IMG/VR virus record: IMGVR_UViG_3300020469_000011
Coordinates: 32,001-96,000 of that record
From: a virus
Reading direction: 5' to 3' (one strand)
DNA: 64,000 bases
Part shown: piece after piece, positions 57,667-64,000 of the stretch
Position numbering within the stretch: position 1 is the stretch's first letter
Layout: each line of letters starts with the position of its first letter
Translations under genes and position numbers: made by a program
Notes under the pieces: model-generated
The model's input: only the letters and a program-made list of their open reading frames with translations
Databases searched by the model: none
What the model was told of the DNA's origin: nothing

Positions 57667-59532
57667 ATGGAAAACTTTGAAATAAAAAGATATATTTCTG
57701 AACTTGACTCATCTGTATTTTTTTGTCACAATCATTACACATCACTAATTGATTCCCCAACAGGTTCCGGTAAAACAGAATTGATTTTTGAAAGATCTTT
57801 AGATACTCCTAAAATTATAATTGCCTTTCCTTATACATCTCAAGTTATACAACAACAAAAATTACATATTGACTATCAGTGTTTATATGATGATAATCAA
57901 TATGATGATTCCAAATCAAATAAAATAATTTGTACTTATGATAAGTTAGTAACTTTAATTAATCACGATCTAGATCTAAATGAATACGAATTGCATCTAG
58001 ATGAATGTCACAATTTATATGTCTCTTCCAACTATAGAGATCGTATAATGTATTATATTTCGCTTTCTATCAGAAATCGTAACTATAAAAAAGTGTTTTT
58101 GTATTCAAGTACCTATGACACAAAATATCTTAATAACTATTTAATTATTGATAAACATTTTAAGATAACATGCAAAGATAAGAATAAAGACGATATTACT
58201 TGTATCCACTTAGATAATAGTAGTAAAGTTACAATGAATGAATCTATACTTTATCATTTTCAATATAATGTTATGAACAATGAAAAGGTTTTGATTTATC
58301 GTAACAACAAAAGTGAGAATATTTCTCTAGGTAAATCATTAGAAGATATCGGATTTGATGTTTTAGTTGTAGATAGTGATAGTAAAAATGAAGAAGAAAT
58401 CATTGACCTTCTGAGAAATCAAGAGATATCAAATAAAACAAATGTACTAATTACAACATCAATACTAACTGAAGGTATAAACTTATTGAATAAAAATATA
58501 ACTCAGATTCATTATATTGATAAAAGTAAGAGCGCATCAACTATTAGGCAATTTACAAGTAGAGCAAGAAATCGAAAACATAAAACATTTGTGTGGTATA
58601 AAAAAGAAGAAAATTTTAATATAAAGAAAAATATATTTGAAGAGTGGTATGATTTTAATGAGAATGCAAAATCTCTAGAACAGAACTATAACTATATTGT
58701 ACAAACAACTGAAAGTAAACTAAGAAACAAACACATCAATCATATATTAAAAGCATCTACTTTTTATGATAGGAGTTGGAGACAATTTGGATATCGCAAT
58801 GTAAACAGCAGTATTAAAATAGATTACACAAGAATAGCGAATTACTTTTATGAATTAGATGTTAGCAATCAAAGTCATAATTCTTACATACTTGGTGAGG
58901 AATTAGAGAAGCATAACTTTGATGTTCATTATATGAATTATGAAATATTAATTGATAAGAACGATCAACTTAATTCCAAAATGAATTCAAGAACAGTTAA
59001 AGAAGAAAGAAAGGCAGATAAGATTCTTATATTACAAAATTATATAGATGAAAATACAAATGTAAAGAAAAGATTAATTGAGTTGTTGAGAAAGAAAAAT
59101 AAAGATTCTTTAGAAAATCGTGAAATAAAAATAGCAAGAGAATGGATACAACTTGAAAAAAATAATGTTAGTAAACAAGATATACTTGAAATTATTAAGA
59201 ATAATAATAGTCATAAAGCTAAATATAGGTTATCTTTAAAATATCAAATGCAAAACGATTTACTTTATAATGAACTTGTCAATCTTGTTGAGGTTAATAA
59301 AAGGTATGGTGTAGAAGAACGTAGTGATTTACTACTACAAGCGGATAAAAATATTTTATCCAAACACAAGATTGACCTAAATATAAAAAAGATGTCTGAC
59401 GGTAGCGTACATGGTAAAACAAGTAAAGGAATCTTCTCAAATTTATTTAACTTAAATACTCATGTATATAATGGTAAACACACAATTTCTATAAAAGATT
59501 TAGATCCTCTATTCTTTCAAACAACCAATTAA
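57667..59532 (+). CDS. SF2 (DExH) helicase-like protein
   Basis: SPTGSGKT, CTYDKL, LDECH, SST, TTSILTEGINL, QFTSRAR. Confidence 0.8.
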   Translation: MENFEIKRYISELDSSVFFCHNHYTSLIDSPTGSGKTELIFERSLDTPKIIIAFPYTSQVIQQQKLHIDYQCLYDDNQYDDSKSNKIICTYDKLVTLINHDLDLNEYELHLDECHNLYVSSNYRDRIMYYISLSIRNRNYKKVFLYSSTYDTKYLNNYLIIDKHFKITCKDKNKDDITCIHLDNSSKVTMNESILYHFQYNVMNNEKVLIYRNNKSENISLGKSLEDIGFDVLVVDSDSKNEEEIIDLLRNQEISNKTNVLITTSILTEGINLLNKNITQIHYIDKSKSASTIRQFTSRARNRKHKTFVWYKKEENFNIKKNIFEEWYDFNENAKSLEQNYNYIVQTTESKLRNKHINHILKASTFYDRSWRQFGYRNVNSSIKIDYTRIANYFYELDVSNQSHNSYILGEELEKHNFDVHYMNYEILIDKNDQLNSKMNSRTVKEERKADKILILQNYIDENTNVKKRLIELLRKKNKDSLENREIKIAREWIQLEKNNVSKQDILEIIKNNNSHKAKYRLSLKYQMQNDLLYNELVNLVEVNKRYGVEERSDLLLQADKNILSKHKIDLNIKKMSDGSVHGKTSKGIFSNLFNLNTHVYNGKHTISIKDLDPLFFQTTN

Positions 59533-59538
59533 TAAAAT

Positions 59539-60072
59539 ATGAATCTAAACGAAGCTTTTGATTTTCATAAAAACAATAACGTACCTTATTGTTTTACTTT
59601 ATTTCAACCATACTCTTCTAGTTTTTATCACTTCTATGCTGAAGCAAGAACAAAAGAGTTTTGGCATATTGATGATAAAGAAATATTTGAAACTACTAAT
59701 TTAGGTGAATTTGATCATTATGAAGATAATTATGTTCCATTAGATTTGCCTATTCTTTGTGAATCAAGCACAGAGTATCAAGGAAAAAAAGTTGAATTGA
59801 ATAAACCAAAAAGAGGTGGTTCCAAGAAATATTATGTTTACACTAGAAATCCAGATACAAAAAAAGTAGTGAAAGTTTCTTTTGGTGCTGAAGGTGGAGG
59901 TCAAAATCTTAGAGTTAAGATTAATGATCCAGATGCTAGAAGAAATTTTGCTTCAAGACATGACTGTAAAAATAAAAAGGATAAGACTAAAGCTGGATAC
60001 TGGTCTTGTAGATTACCAAGGTATGCTTCTATGCTAGGCTTAGATGTTAAAAACCCAAACTCATTTTGGTAA
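59539..60072 (+). CDS. conserved phage hypothetical protein
   Basis: KVELNKPKRGGSKKYYVY...VSFG...RRNFASRHDC...KAGYWSC. Confidence 0.75.
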   Translation: MNLNEAFDFHKNNNVPYCFTLFQPYSSSFYHFYAEARTKEFWHIDDKEIFETTNLGEFDHYEDNYVPLDLPILCESSTEYQGKKVELNKPKRGGSKKYYVYTRNPDTKKVVKVSFGAEGGGQNLRVKINDPDARRNFASRHDCKNKKDKTKAGYWSCRLPRYASMLGLDVKNPNSFW

Positions 60073-60087
60073 AAAAATAAATATGTT

Positions 60088-60354
60088 ATGAAACATTATG
60101 AACAAATTGATAACATAAGAACTATACATAATGATATAGAACACTTTGTTTGGCACAGAGATAAATACGATAGAGAAATTAATATTATCTCTGGTGAAAA
60201 TTGGTTTTTACAAATAGAACATGAATTGCCTAAAAGAATGAATGTTAGTCAGTGTATGTTTATTAAAAAAGAAGTCTGGCATCGTATCTTTTGTACGAGT
60301 GAAGACTTAGACAATGACTTGGTTATTGTCATTAAAGAACTTATAAAAGAATAG
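60088..60354 (+). CDS. small cupin-like protein
   Basis: VWHRD...E and FIKKEVWHRI His motifs. Confidence 0.55.
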   Translation: MKHYEQIDNIRTIHNDIEHFVWHRDKYDREINIISGENWFLQIEHELPKRMNVSQCMFIKKEVWHRIFCTSEDLDNDLVIVIKELIKE

Positions 60355-60358
60355 AAAA

Positions 60359-61174
60359 ATGTTATCTTTTAATCAGTATCTTACCGAAAAGAAAAAGAAA
60401 AAGCCTTGTTGGGATGGTTATAAACAAGTTGGCATGAAGATGAAGAACGGAAAAAAAGTTCCAAATTGTGTACCTGTCAATGAAGATTTTGATGTTGACC
60501 CAAATGATAAATTAAAACCAGTACCCACTGTAGAAGAGATTACTAAAAAACATAATGTATCTACAGAAGAAGTTGAAAAGCAAATTAAAAAAGGTACTGA
60601 TATAGAGAAAGAGCATACAGAAGATACCGATACTGCTAAACAAATTGCACATGCACATATAGATGAAGCATTAGACTACTATGAAAAATTAGCTGATTGT
60701 GTTGAAGAAGAGTTTTTAGATGAAATGTATACTAAGCCTGGATTAAGAGAAAAAATTAAAAATAGAATTAAGGCGGGTAGTAAAGGTGGTAAACCAGGAC
60801 AATGGTCAGCCAGAAAGTCTCAGATGCTTGTACAGCAGTATGAAAAAGAAGGTGGTGGTTATAAATCTAAAGGAAGGTCAAAGAAGCAGAGAAACCTATC
60901 TAGATGGTCTAAAACAGATTGGAAAACGCATGACGATAAGCCATCAATACAGGGACAAAAACATGATGAAGTTGATGCATATCTTCCTAAAGCAGCAATT
61001 GCACACATGAAAAGAAAAGATAAAGAGAACGATACGAATTTATATTCTAAAATGACAAGTCAAAAAAGAAAAGCGGCTAAATCAAATGATCAACATGCCG
61101 ATTATTCTGATGATGTAAAGAAAGCAAGAAAAGCAGCAATCAAACATGCACATAGAAGTGTTAAGGGTAAGTAA
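60359..61174 (+). CDS. multi-module basic protein with capsid-targeting-like N-terminus
   Basis: MLSFNQYLTE; CWDGY...VPNCV; EKEHT...AHIDE..DYYEKL; GSKGGKPGQWSARKSQ...GGGY. Confidence 0.75.
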   Translation: MLSFNQYLTEKKKKKPCWDGYKQVGMKMKNGKKVPNCVPVNEDFDVDPNDKLKPVPTVEEITKKHNVSTEEVEKQIKKGTDIEKEHTEDTDTAKQIAHAHIDEALDYYEKLADCVEEEFLDEMYTKPGLREKIKNRIKAGSKGGKPGQWSARKSQMLVQQYEKEGGGYKSKGRSKKQRNLSRWSKTDWKTHDDKPSIQGQKHDEVDAYLPKAAIAHMKRKDKENDTNLYSKMTSQKRKAAKSNDQHADYSDDVKKARKAAIKHAHRSVKGK

Positions 61175-62421
61175 TGAAATCATTCAATCAATTTATAACT
61201 GAAAACAAAATTTTAAATGAAGGTGGTAACGCACCATTTATTAATCGTGAAACTGGAGAAAAATTGGGCGATGCTCAAAAAATAGATTTAAATAAGGTAA
61301 ACAGAACTAAATTAGCTAAAAGTTTACAGCTATTGTTTGCTCAGTTAAATAAGCTTTATGAAAAGAAACATGGTGAAAAATTATGGAATGATTTTAGTGT
61401 AATAGAAACGGGTCATGCATTCAATGGTTCTTCTGAACATTTCTTTAATAAAAATATATCTGATGCTAAATTTAAAAAACACAAGCCAATGGTAGGTGAT
61501 ATAGATGTAACTATACATAATGATGAAAAAGTAAAAATTCAAAAATTAAAACCTTTGTTCGATTTACTTTCTGAATTGGAAAACAAAAAAATAACAAATG
61601 AATTTGTATACAAAGGACAAAATAAGAAGCAACAGCAAGGACATCAGATTAATGCTATCTTTCAATTTCAGAATCCAAAGATAAATGTACAAGTTGACTT
61701 TGAAGGTGTTCACTATACAGAAGATCATAAACCTACACCATTTGCAAAGTTTGCACACAATTCATCTTGGGATGATATTGAACAAGGAATGAAAGGTGTT
61801 GGTCATAAACTGTTAATTCAGAATTTAGCAAGAGCATTATCAGAGATGAAAGATGTTGTAGTGTTAACTAAAACTTCTCCATCCGAACCACCAGAGGAGG
61901 TTAAAGTTTCTAAAGCAGCATCTTCAGATGCACCCACTAATTTAGCTTTCAGTGTTGATTTAGGAATAAGAGAAAAGTATGCTCCTGCTGTTGATTCAAA
62001 AGGCAAGCAAGTCTATGTCAATGGCAAGCCAGCATTTCGAGAATTGAAAACAGGAGACAGTAAGTATCACAAAGACATTGATGTGATTTACACAATGATC
62101 TTTAAGAAGAAACCTTCAGAGGATGGCGAGGATTTGAAAAAGTTTCACAGTTTCACTGGAACGTTGGAATTGCTCGAGTCGCATAAGGTAGAAGATGATG
62201 TCATTCGCACCATGTTCAAGTCACTGATAGAAAAAAGTCTATTTGGTAAAAATGCACAAGGTTTTGAAAAAAATAATCCAGAAGGTGACAAAAAAATTAA
62301 AATGTTGATTGTAGATATGTTAGTTAAAAAGTTTCCATATCTAAATCCTATCTTAAATGGATATGAAGAAGAAATAAAAACCTATTATAATAATTATAAA
62401 AAGGTAAAGGTTGACGCATGA
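61174..62421 (+). CDS. Pol-beta superfamily nucleotidyltransferase with capsid-targeting-like N-terminus
   Basis: MKSFNQFITE...EGGN; NGSS, GDIDV, VQVDF catalytic pattern. Confidence 0.7.
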   Translation: MKSFNQFITENKILNEGGNAPFINRETGEKLGDAQKIDLNKVNRTKLAKSLQLLFAQLNKLYEKKHGEKLWNDFSVIETGHAFNGSSEHFFNKNISDAKFKKHKPMVGDIDVTIHNDEKVKIQKLKPLFDLLSELENKKITNEFVYKGQNKKQQQGHQINAIFQFQNPKINVQVDFEGVHYTEDHKPTPFAKFAHNSSWDDIEQGMKGVGHKLLIQNLARALSEMKDVVVLTKTSPSEPPEEVKVSKAASSDAPTNLAFSVDLGIREKYAPAVDSKGKQVYVNGKPAFRELKTGDSKYHKDIDVIYTMIFKKKPSEDGEDLKKFHSFTGTLELLESHKVEDDVIRTMFKSLIEKSLFGKNAQGFEKNNPEGDKKIKMLIVDMLVKKFPYLNPILNGYEEEIKTYYNNYKKVKVDA

Positions 62422-64000
62422 TGTCTTTTAAAACATTTTCCCTTAGAGAAAATTATATTATTGAAGCCGCAGGTAATGCAATGCTTGATGTATCTATTAC
62501 AAATGCAGATAAAGCCTTCAAAAATAAAACAAAATTCTTTTACTATGTTGGAGATGATGAAAAATTATTAAGTGAAAAGGAATACTCAATAGAAGAAAAA
62601 TATGACGGCGTGAAGCTTACCTTATTTCGTAATGGAAAAGATTTTGATTCTAAAAACTTTGAAAATAATTGGGTTATAGCCTACAAAAATAGAAAATTAC
62701 ATCCAAGTGAATTTAAATCTACGTCTGCTGCAAATGTAAAACAAAAAGGTATTGGTGTTTCTCAGTATAAAATTATTGCAGATCATTTGAAAAAAATACA
62801 TAAGAGTTTAGATTCAATACCAAAGAATACAGAATTTTTTGTTGAATTTTTAATGCAAAAATCTACCTTAACTAGAACATATGAAAATAAACATGGTGTT
62901 GTGTTAATAGGATATTCACATAATGCTAAAGTAGATCAAGAAGACGATTTTCGTTTCTATACAAAAGAAACTAAATTAAATCAAAGTTTAAATCAAGAAT
63001 ATGCTAAGTTACTGAAATTAGATCTACCTCAAATATTATTTGAAGGAGGTGTTGGTTCTTTTGAAAATTTGAAAGAAGGTGCTTTAGATGATGAACTTAA
63101 AAAACTTCTAAGGAAAAATAAAACCAAAATTCAAGAATTTTACAAGTATAAAAAATGGGATGACTTATATGAATTAATCAAAACTATTTTTCTAGATGTG
63201 TCAAGTTTTTATGGTGGTGTGATGGAAGGAGTTGTACTAAAAGATATTAAACAAAAAACAATGTACAAATTTCTCCAAACAGACCAACATGATAAAGAGT
63301 TTCGTCAGAAGATAAAACAACAATATAAAATGGATGAAGATAAAGAAAAGGAATATTATAAAACTCTAGATAAACTTGCTAAAGATATTTTGAGTAAATT
63401 AGATTTGAGCAAAGAACACTCTGAAATAATGAGTGATTTATCAACTGCTGTTTACAAGAAAAAATTACCAAGAAATTTACATACCAAGAGAAACGATCAT
63501 CAAATAAAAGAAGATCTTCATTTAAAAGTAAAAGATGCATTTGAAAAAATGCTTAAAGGTTGGGGTGGTGTAGTAGGTAAATTTAGAATTGTTACTAAAG
63601 AACATGTAAACATGATAGACTATGCTCTTAAAAAATACAAAGGTGTTTCTGTAATGCTTGTTGCAGGCTCTAGAGATATTATGTTAGTTCAAGAGAATAT
63701 GAAAATTTTTAAAGAAATATTTAAAGACAAACCGGCAGAATTTTTTATAGCTAAGACCGGAAACATAATAAGATTAGAGCAACTTACTAGAAATCCTATT
63801 GTTGCTTATGTAGCTGGACCAGATAGAAAAGAAGATTATCAAAAACAAATTGAGGGTGCTAATAGCGATGCAGTTGTAGATGTTTATGATGGAGGAAAAA
63901 GAGATGAAATTTCTGCATCAAAAGCAGAAGAAGCTTTGATGGCAAATGATGTACAATCATTAAGAAAAATTGTACATCCAGTTGCTCTTAAAAATATTGA
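62418..64000 (+). CDS. ATP-dependent ligase-like domain fused to cytidylyltransferase-like domain (partial, not in ORF track)
   Basis: Open frame from ATG 62418 to window end: EEKYDGVK, FFVEFL, EGVVLK, MYKF; then VVGKFRIVTKEH, VAGPDR, ISASK. Confidence 0.75.
   Translation, partial: MMSFKTFSLRENYIIEAAGNAMLDVSITNADKAFKNKTKFFYYVGDDEKLLSEKEYSIEEKYDGVKLTLFRNGKDFDSKNFENNWVIAYKNRKLHPSEFKSTSAANVKQKGIGVSQYKIIADHLKKIHKSLDSIPKNTEFFVEFLMQKSTLTRTYENKHGVVLIGYSHNAKVDQEDDFRFYTKETKLNQSLNQEYAKLLKLDLPQILFEGGVGSFENLKEGALDDELKKLLRKNKTKIQEFYKYKKWDDLYELIKTIFLDVSSFYGGVMEGVVLKDIKQKTMYKFLQTDQHDKEFRQKIKQQYKMDEDKEKEYYKTLDKLAKDILSKLDLSKEHSEIMSDLSTAVYKKKLPRNLHTKRNDHQIKEDLHLKVKDAFEKMLKGWGGVVGKFRIVTKEHVNMIDYALKKYKGVSVMLVAGSRDIMLVQENMKIFKEIFKDKPAEFFIAKTGNIIRLEQLTRNPIVAYVAGPDRKEDYQKQIEGANSDAVVDVYDGGKRDEISASKAEEALMANDVQSLRKIVHPVALKNI

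Noticed and set aside
1598-62006. Numerous 60-120 aa antisense or nested ORFs in the ORF track (e.g. 1598-1831, 11159-11509, 13297-13620, 41000-41287)
   Set aside because: Shadow frames of well-supported genes, with no RBS or motifs
1-64000. Alternative genetic code / stop-codon reassignment
   Set aside because: Core genes are full length and end in TAA, TAG or TGA; no suppressor tRNA

Overview
AT-rich (about 30% GC by eye) 64-kb segment of a large T4-like myovirus, probably marine. It uses the standard genetic code. The + strand (1-27 kb) carries a rearranged replication-accessory module (gp45 clamp, DsbA, gp44/gp62 clamp loader, RegA), dUTPase, an M15 endolysin, a lytic transglycosylase, a UvrD-like helicase, PhoH, an amidoligase, a thermonuclease, a repeat-rich fibre protein and auxiliary metabolic genes (full-length gcvP, flavodoxin-fold oxidoreductase, iscA/erpA-type Fe-S carrier, purN). 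It also holds three canonical tRNAs (Asn, Asp, Arg) and one non-canonical tRNA-like RNA with a UAU anticodon loop and no D-arm. The - strand (27-57 kb) is the baseplate module (gp48/54-like x2, gp53, hub, gp5, unknown large ORFs, gp25, gp6, a 2688-aa gp7, gp8). It ends in an unannotated 29-aa, 10-Cys metallothionein-like ORF. The right end (+) has gp4, an inserted SF2 helicase and proteins with T4 capsid-targeting-like N-termini. These include a Pol-beta nucleotidyltransferase coupled to a ligase/cytidylyltransferase-like fusion that runs off the window. Best leads: the putatively injected NTase + ligase-CTase module, the D-armless tRNA-Ile(UAU)-like RNA, the phage metallothionein, the gcvP/purN one-carbon set, and a GC-rich structured island with a T10 tract inside gp7. 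All family assignments come from motif recognition, not database searches.
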